64,000 bases of DNA, taken from contig CM068769.1 in the NCBI GenBank assembly GCA_035084275.1, forward strand, positions 1,984,001-2,048,000, read 5' to 3'. Each line of letters starts with the position of its first letter. Position 1 is the stretch's first letter. Made by a program: the position numbers and the translations under genes. The DNA is from Hydrolagus colliei (Eukaryota). The notes beneath the pieces are model-generated. The model did no database searches and had not been told where the DNA came from. It worked only from the letters and a program-made list of their open reading frames with translations. Positions 35,341 to 49,915 of this stretch are shown one piece after another.

Positions 35341-37049
35341 AGCAGTTATTCAAGGGATCGACAGAGATGCCGGAAGTTAAAAACATCTACACTGTGGGTA
35401 GTACTTAACTCTGTGGTTTTGTGCCTCGGACTAATTACCTAAATGATGACTATGTGCTATTCGGTGAGTATTGTGATTTATTATTGATTCGTTAATCCGC
35501 AAACACAGCTCTCTGTACCCAGCTCAGTGTTAATTTACTAGGTTTACCAGCCTAAGACGTGTGTTTCAACGCAGGCAGGACACGAACACTTCGGGCAAGT
35601 TTCGTTACACGAGCTCCATATTAATCCGTCCTGAAAAAAACAGGACAAAATTGGTAATTTCAGCCCACGACCTTTTCTGGGGACACTGCTGTGCGTAATT
35701 GGCTGCTCCATTTGGCCCAGAATTACACCGTCAATTTACACTAGGTTAGGTGAAGGGCTTTGAATACTGGCATGTGTTATTGTGTATGTATGAGAGTGCT
35801 GCTTTGAAAACGTTGTAAAATACGCAGGTGAATTTTGTGTCGTTATCATGGTTTCTCTCACTTGCTTTTCTCCAAACTCCACAGGTCGTATACACAAGTC
35901 CGACGGTATCCTTGTGCGCCTGTGTGAACCTAAGAAGCCCTGGAAAGGAATGACTGTCATTGTAAAGACTATACTTGTAGACGCATACACAGGCGTTTGC
36001 AATTGAAAGGTACTGAAATGTGTTTTGCTCAGCTGGGTCTCTGACACGTTTGGAAAATGAGGGCAATCATTAAGTTTCTCCAAACTCAACTGAGTTCATG
36101 CAATCCATTTACAAACGAAAACCCCAGAGATAGATTATTGGATTGGAAAGTGTACACTCTCCTATGTCTCTCCCTGGATTGACGCACCCTGCTCACCTAA
36201 TTCCGGGTAGTAAAAGGCGCAATTTGCGTTTGAGTGCCAATCCTCCAGGGAGTTTGAGTTGGGAGTAAATAAGGAAATCTATACAACCCAAATCGCATAC
36301 ATTGCCAGTAATATTAATACCAAAGTGGATTCCTACAGCTCAATGATTAGAGCACTCGCCTTACAAGCACAAGACCTTTGTTCCAATACAGCCACGTCAG
36401 GGCGATACCTTGAGCAACATTACTTACGCCACACCGCTAATATGAATCCATCAAAACAATAATAAATTACTCTTTTCTATCCACAAGAGGGACACTGCTG
36501 TGCACAATTGGCTGCTGCGTTTCATCGACAAATACACAGTCAACATTTACACGTCGAGAAAGCCAGAAAAGCATTATCAAGTTAATAGTATTATTATTAT
36601 TACCTAGGGAGCGTGTTGCATAAATTTACTACTCGTTTATTGGAGTGGTGTTTCCGCAGATGTGTAAATCTCCCTTGAAGAACAGTACATTTAGAAAGCG
36701 ATAAACCTAGGATGGAATAGCAACCTGTGTACAGGATTCGTGATTAATCCCAGATGAGGAGCCATGAATGCGAAGATTAAGCAAACAGTACCCCTCTCGC
36801 CCGGCATGCCACCCCTGTGCTTCTCGACCATACCTTCTGCTACCTCACCATAAATGTGTAATTTAATAAAACCAAAATTTAATAAAATATCTTTCAACTG
36901 CATTTTCCATCTCCAATTGTCCAACGGCAATAAAAAACAAAACAACAACAACAATAAAGTTTAATGTCAGGAAGACTTCGCAATGCACTTGACGCACCTT
37001 GAATAATGTTCATGTATTGATAGGAAAACTATAGTATATATCCGATATA

Positions 37050-37360
37050 AAGTGTAGATCATTGGTACGAGCACTCGCCTTACAATCACGAGAATTGATT
37101 CGAATATCTGTTCGAATCCAGGCAAGATGGGACTCAACCTTGGGCAAATTCCCTTCCTCCACACACGCGCCTATTAATAATCCTTCCGAAACAAAACACA
37201 GTAATAAAGATCCACGACTCATTGTGGGACCCGTTTGTGTGTGATTGTCTACCGCGTTTCACCCACGAAATATACAGTCAATTCACTTCACAGTATATTC
37301 TCTGAGACACAGTCTAGATGATGTGAAAAGCCCTATATCAAATGGAAGGATTATTACTAT
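37050..37360 (+). mobile_element. Deu-domain SINE copy
   Basis: 'gagcactcgccttacaatcacgag...ttcgaatccaggc...gtgaaaagccctatatcaaatggaaggattatt'. Confidence 0.75.
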
Positions 37361-38259
37361 CTTCTCAGCCTCAAGGTCAACCACCGCCAAGCGCTATAAA
37401 ATGCTGCATTGCGTGAACGGGGCTATTTATGTGCAAGTTGTTGTTGCTAATATATTCCCAAGTTCTGACCAGGAAAGCTGACCTGAACCTACATTCAACA
37501 TTCTACACGTAGTGTTTAACTCAGTAATATACATTGTTTGCTTCCCTGCCACTCTATCTTTCTTTATATATAAAATGAGTGAGCATTTCTGACTGCACAT
37601 CCTAAATAATAGATTTCTGCAACTCGTTTAGGTCTGTTACCGCCATGTTTCTCTTAACCTCGGGTCAATTTAGGAAAGTTTGGCTGAATTTCCTTAAGCT
37701 ACACTCATCTATTTACCCAGCGATATGTTGGAACCGGAAGGTTAGGTTAACGGCAGATGATGTTTTCCAGTAGTAATAATTTCTAAATAATACGAAAATA
37801 TTAATAACTTATAACAAATGGCTCGCTTAAATCTGTGAATCTTGATGGGGCAGTGCTTTATGCAACTGGCTGCTGTGTTTTGCGCACGAAATATATAAGT
37901 GTATTTGGCTCTTGTTAAGATACTGGCAGTCCCCGCTTAACGTTTGTTCGTGGATGGTGGAACTTTAAGCGAATCAACATTAACCGACTGCATTTGACCC
38001 ATAAAAATGAATGTATAAGTTGTAGTTAGCTTGTTTCGGACACATTTCGTCGAAATCTTCGAAACATTACATTATATTCGCTCAGTGACCGCCTGTCCCC
38101 AACCGTTGAAACTCCAGCCCGCAGTCCATCTGCCTCGCCCCCACACTGGCCTCCTTCAAGCCACGCCTCAAGATCACGGTAATATATGAAGGGGATATGC
38201 TTTAAAGCACTAAACCGCAACCAGTGTCAGTTTACAAAAGACACGTTTTAACACGTACA

Positions 38260-38610
38260 AGACTGTTGAGGGGCATGGAACAACAGACAGTGGGGAGATT
38301 GTTTCCCTGGATGGAGAAACTAAAACTTGGGATTATAGTCTGAAGACGAAGTGGTCAGCCTTTCGCACTGAGTTGAGGAAAACATTCTTCTCTCAGAAAT
38401 AACCGTTAATTTATGCAAATATCTGCCCTGAAAGGCTGTAGATGCTCAGCATTTGAAAATATTCAAGACTCATAGATTGCTTCTCGATCAAGGGGTTTAG
38501 GAATGTGGGGTTTGGGCGGGTAAGTGAAGTTAGATTTGTAGATCAACAGGATCTTACTGAATGGCTGGGAAGCCATGAGTGGCCAAATGGCCCTCTCCTG
38601 CTCCTAAGTC
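38260..38610 (+). mobile_element. CR1 LINE 3' fragment
   Basis: 'gattgtttccctgg...cagcctttcgcactgagttgaggaaaacattcttctctcag...ggccaaatggccctctcctgctcctaag'. Confidence 0.7.
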
Positions 38611-38729
38611 TTATGTTGTTAGAAATGGCCACAATCCCAGCTTTATTGTAGTAGACATGAACGACGAATAACAAGAAATAACATTTACATCAACTCACAC
38701 GTCTGGAGGACAACAACAACAACTTCGAT

Positions 38730-39030
38730 TTGTATAACGCCCTCAACGTGGGATAGCGTCTCTGAGCACTTCACACGAGCGGATCCCACGACCGAGCCAG
38801 CGGTAGGGGTAGAAAGGTGAACAAATATGCCGTTCAAGAGAAAAGTATTTATCTGTGATCTGAAACTGGGAAGAGAGGGGCGAGAGGTGAAGGGAGTAAG
38901 GAAGGGATTTCCAGAGACAGCCTAGCGGCGTAGTGATTGAAGGCAAGGCAACCGAAGATGGATTGGAGGACGTCACAAGACGATGACCAGTTAGGGATTT
39001 TGACGCTTGGGTTCTGGGTCAGGTAGAGGT
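38730..39030 (-). mobile_element. L2 LINE 3' end
   Basis: Minus-strand tail 'gctatcccacgttgagggcgttatacaaatcgaagttgttgttg'. Confidence 0.6.
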
Positions 39031-39759
39031 TGATGGTCGGTAGGGAGGGGGTGGATCTTCCGGAAATTGTCTTGAGACGGGTCTTCATGCTGGCAAGTGA
39101 GATAATGAATACCTCCCTTCCTTCCCTATCTCAGCATCAAGATTCAACCATCATCAGGCGCTGTGGTTCTCTACTCTGCATTGAGGCACTTTATAAATGC
39201 AAATTGTTTTTCCAATAATAATAGTCCTATGTTTCATATAGACGTCTTCTAGACGTATCAATTCCCATCACAGAGTGTACTGTGAAGTGAGCTGTCTGCA
39301 TTTTATGGGCGTAACGCAGCAGCGAGCAGCGCACAGCCGCATCCGCACATACATTCATGGATTGAAACGGTGCATTTATTATTGGGGGATTTTCGACGGA
39401 GCATTATAACGCGTGTGTGTGGAGTAAGGAAACTTCCCCACTGGTTCACCTTGATCTGCCTGGAATCGATTACAGGTATTACGCTTTTAAGTCGACTGCT
39501 CCAACCACTGAGCTAAAGGAGTTCCACTATTATTACGTTGCAAAGTACTGCAAATTATACAATTGTACAATTTGTGTTCTCAGTCCAAGGCTGTTTGTGG
39601 GGACGCTGCCATGTGCAATTAGCTGCCGCGTTTTACCCGCAACCATACAGTCAATTTACTTGATACTGTATACAGTGAGGCACTTTGAGACGCTTTCTAG
39701 AAGACGTGCAATACGATATATCAAATGCAATGGTTATTATTATTACCTAAATTATTAAG

Positions 39760-40200
39760 GCAGATACGTCTCCCGATCTGAATGGGATGTATCCTGGGTT
39801 ACTAAGGGAAGTACGGTACCAAAGAGCAGGAGATCTGGCTACAATCTTTGTATCTTCATTTGACACAGTGTTAGTGCCAGAGGACTGGAAGTTTGCTAAA
39901 GTTACTCAGCTGTAGAAAAAGGGGGCAGAAGGACAAATCTGGGAACTACATGCCAGTCTGTCTAACATCAGTAATGGGGAATCTTCTAGAGACTATAATC
40001 TCTCTTGGATCTTCACTTCGACAGATAAGGATAATAATGGACAGCCTGTACGGATTTACTGAAGGCAAATCTTGCACGTCGAATCTGATAGAATTTTTAA
40101 AGAGGTAAAGGAATGGGTGGTTGAGGGTAGTGAAGTTGATGTAGTTCATGTGGACTTTCTAAATGCGTTGGCACAGAGCCAGATCAAAGGCTTATAGAGG
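39760..40200 (+). mobile_element. CR1 reverse-transcriptase fragment
   Basis: DWKFAKVTQL*KKG..DKSGNYMPVCLTSVMGNLLETII...YGFTEGKSCTSNLIEF are classic CR1 RT N-terminal motifs. Confidence 0.8.
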
Positions 40201-43200
40201 TCTATGGCTTTAAACGGATAGTTGATTAGTCCGAGTTTCTCTTGCACTACATTCAGTATCTTAGACAATGTGTGGCGCATTAGAACTTACAATGAACGCG
40301 GAAAACTGATGAGGACACTTTGAAACTGAGCAAAGTATCAAACGAAGGCGTTTCCTGCAGAATAAAGTTTTGAACACAGGCTCTTAGATCGGCGGCCTGG
40401 AATTCTCCAAGATTCGTCTGCTATTTGACAAACTGTGAGAACCTCTGCAGTCTACGCAGCCAGGCAATCTTTGGAGATTGTTGCATTGTCAGGCATGAAT
40501 CCCTTTTACATGATACATTAACTCTAGGTCCCGTCTGCCTGCTCGATGAACAGTAAGGATCCCAATTCGTTATTTTGGCCAGATTTTCGAGCAATTCTCT
40601 TGATGCCCAAGTCAAGAATTTGCATGTTAAAGTTGATCCCCGATATCAGTATTGTATTATGTATTCTTATTGATATCACGCAGTGATAAAAACAACAGGA
40701 ATGCAATTCAATGTTGAAATAACAGGCCCCACTATAGTACCGTTTCACTCGTACTTTGTCACATTAGATGATAACAAGGTCACAATTATGGATCATTAAT
40801 CTGTAATTAATCTGTACCTCCATCCTTGCAGATTGCCGCCCTCTTCCTCACACACTCTGTCAGCAGTGGTTACTCAAGAGAGGACACAATACTCAGAATT
40901 TGTCTGTATCGAAATGGCGCGGGGAACTTCCTTTCGATGTGTTTTCATTCGCAATAGATAAATAATAATACTTGCATTTCAGTCAATTATACGCAGCTGT
41001 GTCCCACACACTGGTAGGTGAATTGAACAGTTTGTGTTGCTTTTCCTAACGAGCCTACTCCCCTATCATAATCTATAATTCGAAATTACCCAGTCACGAA
41101 CACCCTTGGCAAGTCGGGTGAACAAATGGCCGCTTCATCAGGAGAAGGCCCGATGTAAACTGGTGACAATCACTGGTGCAGTTGCTATTGTACAGTCATT
41201 TTGCTTTCCAACGTATTTAGTGAAGCTGTTTGAGAAGACTAGAAGACATGAGTAGCGCTATATCAAATGGAAGGATGAGTGTTGACAATAAATTAAAGTA
41301 ACGTATCAAAATATTTTCATCAGGAACATAAAAACTCAGAATGAATCTGGTTTCAATGTCTCCTTTATTCAACGTGATTTATTTACAAAGCTTTGTTCCT
41401 AGCGTGAGCAGTTTCAAAACAACTTTTGCTCAGTTCACAGCATTGTTGGCCTGGTTTACCTGATCTCCATACAGGAGGCCCAGACAAGCCTTCTGTATGT
41501 ATAACAGGCCTGGTCTCAACGTAACAGGCATAGTTTTCATGTGAGAGGATTAATCTCCGTTTAACATTTCTGGCCACTGTTCTACTGGAATCTACTTCCT
41601 GTGTGTGAGAGAAGATGTATCTCATCAGGTAGGAAACGCTGCAACACCAACACCAGCAGTCAGACGCCGAAGCGCTACTTCGCAGATGGCAGATCATTTT
41701 CCAGAATAAGTGGATGTGAAATTCTCTTGTGGCGCTACCCCCTCAAATGTATGTAATATTAATAATAATACTTGATTTGATGTTGTGGATCATCACATCT
41801 TATCGATCTCTCAAAGTGCTACACAAAATCTACTGTAAAGTGAATTGACGGTGTACTTGTGGGCGAAACCAGCAGCCAAGTTAGCACCACAGTGTCCCTA
41901 CCAACAGTCTTTTTGTTCGTTTTTTTTATAGCGATGATTACTTGGCGTGTAGAGAAAGGAAAGTGACCATGATTTCGCCCTGACATGCCGGGATGTCATC
42001 AACTGATGGGTGGGCAGTTATATGGGGACATGGACAACACACTTTGTAGTTAATTAATATAACACTTAATTCTCAATATGGGTTTAATAATTTGAGAAGC
42101 AATTGTTCGTATTTTGCATTTATAGTATATTCTGGTAATTAAATTTCATCCTACGTTGTTTGGGAACAGACTGATGTGAGGATTCCGAGTTATCATTTGG
42201 TTTGTTTGCTATATCGTATTTTGCGTCTTTGTTTCTTTCTGACTGTTTGATGAACCAAACGACATGCTCCCGTTGATGAGAAAGCTGTCACTTGGCACTT
42301 TTAAAATCCTTTGTTTGCATCACATAAGCAAATCAGTCAACAGCCTGCGATAACTGTTTCAAGCACTGGTTGGAGCAATAAGTGCATGTAAGCAAGTCAA
42401 CATTTTTAAAAAACTATCCCAACGGAGACAAACATTGACGTTGCAGTACCGCAGAAAAGGAAAATGTCAAATGCTTGACAGAGATTGTTTCTCACTTATT
42501 CCATCAATATTATCTATAACTGAAAGCATAAACAACTAAATCAAATCCCTTTGACTTACAATCGTACACTACATGAGGATTTAAATTGTTTTGATATTTA
42601 GCTAGTTTGGTTGAACTTTGGACTTACATGCCCTTGATACGTGATACGATTAAAACGATACTTTTGTTTATCACAATTCCCACCCACGAGAATGTTGTGA
42701 GTTTATTTCTGACTCAAATCCATCAAGGTTACTCAACAGTAACGCTGATCACCGCATGGTACCGCGTAAAGTGAGCATTGAGAAAAGAGTTACATCCTGT
42801 CCGTATATATTAGCGATAATTTTCCATCATTTGAATTCTGCTGTGCTCAGTGCTTAGAAAACGGTAGACTTGGATTCATTTCCAGGCAGGAATAAACGTT
42901 GCACATGTTTTTTTCTCGAACTGCCTGCTAATAATTCGTCGATAAAGAAAATAATAAATTGAGTACTTCAACTCACGTCTGTTTATGGGACATTGTTTGC
43001 GAAATTAGCTGCCATATTTTGCACGCAATTATACAGATTATTCACAATGCACGACACCGAGTGCTTTGCATCGTCTAGATGATGCGAAAGGTGCTATATC
43101 AAATCCAAGGACAATTACAAGCATTGCTTTCATATGATATTATAAGAAACGATCCTTAGCAAAACGCAGTCACATGTGACCCTGGTATCATTGTCGCCTT

Positions 43201-46200
43201 TAATTGAAATTTACGTGTTTAGAAAGATTGTATTCCAGCATAAGCACCTCCATTTCCAATGTCGCTCAGTGTACGACATTTATAGGCCTGATTTAACAGG
43301 ACTGGATTCTGCAAAACTGGACTGAACTCAGTATCGCAAGTCTGGTCTCTGGAAAACGGGCCTCGTCTCTACAAAACACGCACTTACTCTACATAACAGT
43401 TCTGGGCTCCGTACTACACTCCTAAACTCTATATAACAGACATGGTTGCTGTACAACAGACATGGTCTCTGTATTCTGGGTCTCCTTCCCCTGTTTGAGA
43501 GCAGATTAAGCTCCACAGGTGCGACGTATTGCTATGTTTATCCCAGCCATCGGCAATCCATTGGCCTGGATAACTGGTGTGTGATCGTCTTTCAAAATGC
43601 AATGAGTAAAAGTTATTTCGAGCTGCTGCCTGCTCAAGTGAACATCAGAAGTAGATCTTTCTGGAAGGAAACAAACTAAGGAATAAATGATAATAAATGT
43701 TACCGCACTTGAACTTAATGAATTTCGTAACCATTTATGCTTGGCTCCTCACCATCTCATTGCTTGACTTCTCATTTGACCAAGACAAAGTTTGTTACCC
43801 GTCAAATGTGTTTCTCTATGGGTGACAGGGACTGAGATAAGGGTCACTGCTGCGCGGGCAGCTACATTGAGATACGGCCACCTCCTTTCTTTTCCCATCT
43901 ATTCATTAATTGTAGTCCTCAGCTTTTTGCACTTCGTTTTCTGTTTTATTTAAAATCAAGCTTAATTTTGAATGCGTTTTACAATTCTGAGTTGTGTCTT
44001 GCAATTCTAGTATCGAATATTAATGAAGCTTCATCCACACCTGCTTGGGACCCGGCTGATCTTAGGATTCTGCATTATCCTTTGATTTATTTCCTACATT
44101 GTGCTATGTTTGTTGGTTCCTTTCTGCCTGTGTGATGATAGAAGCCACTCGTCGTTGGTGAGAAATCTGGCTGCATTGGAACTTTTAAATTAATCTATTT
44201 GTTTGAATCAGGAAATCCAGTCAGGGGCCTGCAATACTTGTTCAAACCACTAGTGGAGCCAATAGTCCTTGCAACCAAGTCATCCTATTAGCTGTAAACC
44301 AACAGGAACAAACATTGACATTGCTTTTCTGGTGCAAAGGAAAATGTCATAATCATGTGAAATCCTCTTTCTTACTTATTTAATCCACCTTGTTTGTTAG
44401 ACAATACAGGGTGCAATTGGCTTCCGCGTTTCGCCCAAAAATATACAGCCAATTTATTTATTCTGTGAAGAGCTTTTAGACATGTAGAAGATATTAAAAG
44501 CGCTATATCAAAAACAAGGATATTGTCTATCCCGAAACACATCAACAATCATATCAAATCCCTTTGATTTGCAATTTTTCTTACTAATTTAAATTTTCAT
44601 AATATAGCGCAAACATTTGAACATTTATCTCACACGAGTCTCTACATCCTGTCAAAATTGTTTTACTGTTCATTTGTCCCTAATTTAGTATATTGCAGCT
44701 CATTGGCTACACCACTGACGTTGCATATTAGAAATCTGCGTTTATTTCCCGGCAGGGGGCATCCTTATGCAAGTATCCTTACTTGACATGCATGATAATA
44801 AATGCAGGACAAAAACAACAATAAGTTGCTGTTTGCAATCGACGGGTGCTTGTTCGAGACTGCTGTTTGCAATTCCCTGCCGTATTGTTCCAATAAGAAA
44901 ACGATTATGCAATTTTTTAGCATATGGTTTGAATGGCTCAGAGACGTCTAGTTGTTGAAAAAAAGCGCTATATCAAATGCAAGTAATATAAAAAGCAATA
45001 AGTTCATATCATATAACAAAAGAAGACATGATGTAAAAAAACACATTGACTCTGACATGTTAATGTGGTATCAGTTTCTTTCATTTAACGTGATGCCTTT
45101 ATAAACATTCCATCCCAGTGTGAGGCCTTTCATTCATTTTTTGGCTCAGTAGACAACATTGATAAGCCTGGTTTAAAGGGCCTGCACTCTGTATAATGGG
45201 CTTGTTCTCTTTATAGCGCTTCTGGTCTCTGTAAAACAGACTTTGTCTCTATATCATATGTCCTTTCTCTGTACAACAGCCCTGCTTCTGTATTACTATC
45301 CTAGTCTCCATACAACAGACATTGGCGCTGTATAGCAGGCATGCTGTCTCTATCCTGGGATCTCCTTCCTCTGTGTGGGAGTAGATGTTTCTCCTCAGAG
45401 AGGTAGTACTGCATGTATTTATTCCATCAATCAGCAATGTAGCACATTGGTGTTGTAGTCTGCATGAAGAAATCCTCAAAAGAAACATGAAGAAATACAT
45501 TTACTGTGGCATGTAGCTGCGGCATCAATGTCCTTTATTTAACTTGATGTCATTCTAAAATTATATCCCAGCATGATGCGCGTCATTCGAATTTCTGCTC
45601 AGCACACAACATTGATCAGACTAACTTAGTCTATCGGAAACACTCCCTTTCCCTTATTAATAGGCCTGGTGTCTGTACTATAGGCCAGGACTCTCTATAT
45701 AAGGTGGTCTCTGCATCTCAGTCCCAGTCTCTGTATTCTGGGAGCTTGTTCCACTTGATGAGAGGAATTGAATCTCGTCAGATTTGAAATGCAGCAATAT
45801 CGATCCCACACACCCATCAGCAGTTTGAAGGCCTCGGGGGGTTGTGTCAAAATTACTTACCAAAGTCGAGATATTGCCTCTAGTTATATAAGTGCAGCAC
45901 AAGATGAAGATTTGTTGTCCCCAATGAATGACCCAGAAGATTTTGCTAACATTCAGATCAGTCCCCTGTCGCTGCTTTACTCGCTTTGCTCCACCGATGA
46001 ATGATTGATGAGGCCGCTTCAGGTAACTCGTGCAAAACTAGACCATTGAAGTTTAAGTTGCATTAATTGTTATTCGGGTTTTAATTGCAGTACGTTGTAC
46101 AGTTTTTTTCAGCATGTGAGTAGGGAAGTCCGTATCACAATGCGCGTGCAGAAACGTCTTGATTGTATATTAATGGGAATGAATGGTACGACTAATATCA

Positions 46201-47609
46201 AGGCGTAAAAGATCTGGCATTTATTTTTTCAGTGAAGCTTGTTGGGTGACGTTATTTACATATTCAAGTGAAGATGCTATTAATGTTCTCACTAATGTGT
46301 GGTTTCAACTGGTCTGTGATTCATTCACATTTAATACTAGAACATCACAACACAGAATTATGCCGATTGGCCCAGCGTCACTGAGTCTGCACTTGAAAGG
46401 AGTTCTCCAATATCTTCCATTCCTCTGTTCCATTTCAGGCGGGTTGGTCAAAGCAGGAACATTGTGAGATTTCTAGAAGGAACAAGATGAATATCTGAAG
46501 TGAATGAAAACACAATGGTAAAGTGAAAGACAGGTTATTTAGACTCGATCGGTTTTATTTTTAAAGACGCAGTGAAAGCCTTTCTGATATGCTGTAACGT
46601 CCTTCGGCCCTGTGCTATCTCTTTGGGTTGCAAAGAGTTAAATTTGCAACTGACAACTGATGAATCTGCGCTTCCTGCTCGATCTAGTTTTAAACCATGA
46701 GTATATTATATGTTTGGGTGTGTATGAGTGGGAGCTTATGTGCGTGTGTGTGTGAGACAGAGAGTATGTGTGTGTGTGTGACAGAGAGAAAGGCGGGTGG
46801 GGGGGCTGACTGTGAAAGCTAAAGAGACAGTTCACAGCAGTAGATTAAAAGTAACTGCGTGTGGATCCTGTATCATTGAAGTAAACACCCAGCTAAATAA
46901 TGTATAATCTCGAGTATCTCAATCCACTATAACTACTGTGAAGGTAATAATAAAAGCAATCATAATCCATGCCCTTGATATAGCACTACTTCACTTCATA
47001 TCGACGTCTCAAAGCGCTTCACAGACTAAACTGTGAAGCCAATTGTCTGCTTACTTGTGGGCGAAATGTAGCAGCGAATTACATTTTTTAATTCCAGGAT
47101 AAAGTGTAAAAATGACCATAAGTTTCAGATTCATTTTAATTGTACCGAGTCATGTGAGAACAATGTTCAAATAAATTTAGGTAAATATTGTCAACATTTG
47201 AATTAATCGTTTGGTTAATTCGCCACTGATCTGTACAATAAGCCTTGTCTGCGTTATCAAATTGATTATTAATGGGTTACTGAGCCACTGGTTTCCTGAC
47301 TAGGCCTAATTGCCGACATGTTATGTCCATTTTGCTTATTCAGCTGAGATGTGTCAGTTGGGCAGAACCATCAACTGGGACCATGGCTCAGGTGATATCA
47401 CAATTGCATCATGATAAATGTTTCATAGTATTATTAGTGAATCCAGATACTCGATCTAGAAAATTAATCAGGTTATTATTTGCTTCAATTTACACATATG
47501 GATGCATCGACAAAGCACCAGCAACACTGAAGCAGCCTGTGTCAACTACTCCAATTTTCTTCTCTCTTCTTGATCGTTCCCTGTTGGTTTTGATGGCAGT
47601 CCCGTACAA

Positions 47610-47867
47610 TTCATCACACACACAAACAGACACACAAACCTACAGAGACTTCGTCTCTCTCTCGAACTCTCCCTCTCTCACAGACATACAGAAACTCACA
47701 GACACTTTCTCTTATCACACAGAAACACACAAAGACTGCATCTCCCTTTGTTTCTCTCACCCACACACATTAGTAAACTTACAGAGACTGTCTCTCTACC
47801 TCTCTCACACACAAAAACTAACAGAGACGCCCTCACACACACACGCACATATAATCCCGCGCAGACC

Positions 47868-47904
<37 letters not shown>

Positions 47905-47920
47905 TCATACACACAAACAT
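47610..47920. repeat. CA/CT-rich microsatellite tract
   Basis: Degenerate 'ctctctcacacacacaaa' units and a pure (CT)n run at about 47870-47900. Confidence 0.8.
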
Positions 47921-48129
47921 ACCTTGGTTAAGATATGAACACAGGTGCTAATGATATGGAAATATGTACTTGGGAAATTTAGTGCAATAACACGTGAAAA
48001 GCCCATAATACTATTTTGTCACTCCTATTCTAAAATACAATATACTCTACTGCATTGCACCAACGAGGTGGACGAGTTCACAATTCCCTTCATTATACTT
48101 CATCTGCCACCTACTTGCCCACTCTCCTA

Positions 48130-49915
48130 GCCTATCTAAACCCTGGGATGCAAACATCCCAGGGTTTTGCAAGAGTTGGCTCGTGAGACAGTGGAGGCTT
48201 TGTGTATGATATTCCAAAATTCTTTCGAATCTGAAACGCCCCCCACCCCCCCATTGATTGGAAGATTGTAAAATTCACACTACTGTAAAAGAAGCGAGGG
48301 AGAGGAAAGATGGGGAACAATAGAACAGTTAGTCTGACATCAGTGGTAGGGAAAATTCTAGAATCTCTGATTAAGGGTGTCGTAGTGGGGCCCCATCAAG
48401 GGGGGAGCATCAGAATGGGGTGTTTATTTGGACTACCATTCTGTAAGTAAATCAGGGCAGATCTGGGATTACCCTGTTTGTAAATGCTCCCTATAAATAG
48501 AGGAAGCAGTCGAGTGAAGCGAGGAGGCCGTTGTGCTGGAAATTGCAACGAGAATAGAATTGTGTTTCCAAACATTTGGTGGAATTCTTTGTTTTGACGG
48601 ATATTTTTTTGCTGAAGCATAAAGACAGGGCCTTTGTGCATCTGGCACGTTGGGGATTATTTTGTTGTTTGGCTTGTGTTGTCACGGGGATGAATATATA
48701 CGTGTTACGATATATCAACCATATTAGATAGGGGGAGTGGGAGGTGGCGGTCGGGGTGATCGGTATTTGTAGTGTAGTTAGATATCCAAAAGCCATTCGA
48801 TGAGGTGCCAATTTAAACGTTAACACGCCAGACAAGGGCTGGCTTGTTCAATTAGCAATTGAAGAATGGCTGATGGGAAGAAAACAGAGAATACGGCAAA
48901 ACAGGTACTCCTTAGATAGGCAGGATGTGAATAGTGGAGTGCAATAAGGAACCGGGCTTAGCCCTCGGCGATCTGCACACTATATCAACGATGTGGATGA
49001 GGATACCGAACTTAAAATATCCAAATTCGCTAAATTAGGTGGAAGAGTAAATACAAAGGATGCAATTTACAAAATGCAAAGCTTTACAGATAGCCTAAGT
49101 GAGTGGGCAAGTAGATGACAGATTACGTATAATGCATGGAAGCGTGAACTCATCCACCTAGGTGGTAAAAACTGTAGAGTAGATTATTGTTTAGAATGGG
49201 AGTGACAAGATAGTGATAGCGTTCAAAGGGACTTAGTTGTCGCTATACACCAGTCACAAGTTTTTTGTTGTTGCAAGTACAGCATCTAGCTCGGAAGGCC
49301 AATGTTATATTGGCAATCGTTACAAAAGGTTTAGCAAATAACAGTAGGGATGTCTTACTGCAAATGTATAGGGCCCTAGTGAGTCCACAGATTTGGTCTC
49401 CTTATTTACGAAAGGATGTACTCGCCATGAATCTACAACGTAGAATCACTAGATACGGACCTGAGATGGAGCGGATAAGCTACAAAGATAGGTTGAGCAA
49501 TCGGTCTTTATTGTCTTGAATACAACAATCAGATGTGATTTGATTGGAACCTATCAGATTATAAAGGATCATGAGAAAGTGGATAGTGGAAGAGTATTTC
49601 CGCCGGTTGGAGAACTATAAACAGGGGTTCAGTCTTCAAATTAGTGGTCAACTCTTTCGCACTGAGTTGAGGAAAAACTTTTTCATTCGGAAGATGGCGA
49701 ATTAATTATCTATTCCAGAGGAGTGTACATGCTCATTCCGTGAACATATTCAAAACTGAGATTAATCGATTTTTTTCATATACAGGGATTATTGGATATG
49801 GGGATAAGGCGGGTAGGTGGAGTTAGATGTGAAGATCAGCCAATATCTTATTGAATGGCGGGGCACGAACGAGGGCAGAATGGCCTACGCTTGCTCCTAA
49901 TTCTTATGTTCGTAT
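48130..49915 (+). mobile_element. Degenerate CR1 LINE (RT region to 3' tail) with unrelated sequence at about 48400-48800
   Basis: DWKIVKFT..KKRGRGKMGNNRTVSLTSVVGKILESLI (48250-48380). KANVILAIVTKG...VLLQMYRALV (ORF 49265-49519). CR1 tail 'gaatggcctacgcttgctcctaattcttatgttcgtatgtt'. Confidence 0.8.

Noticed and set aside
40280-40630. Type I interferon-like wording (SRELLENL..., DLRACVQ...ETP)
   Set aside because: There is an internal stop, no signal peptide in frame and no Cys1 or CAWE motif, and fish/shark IFN genes have introns. The segment is better explained as a member of the unknown duplicated family.
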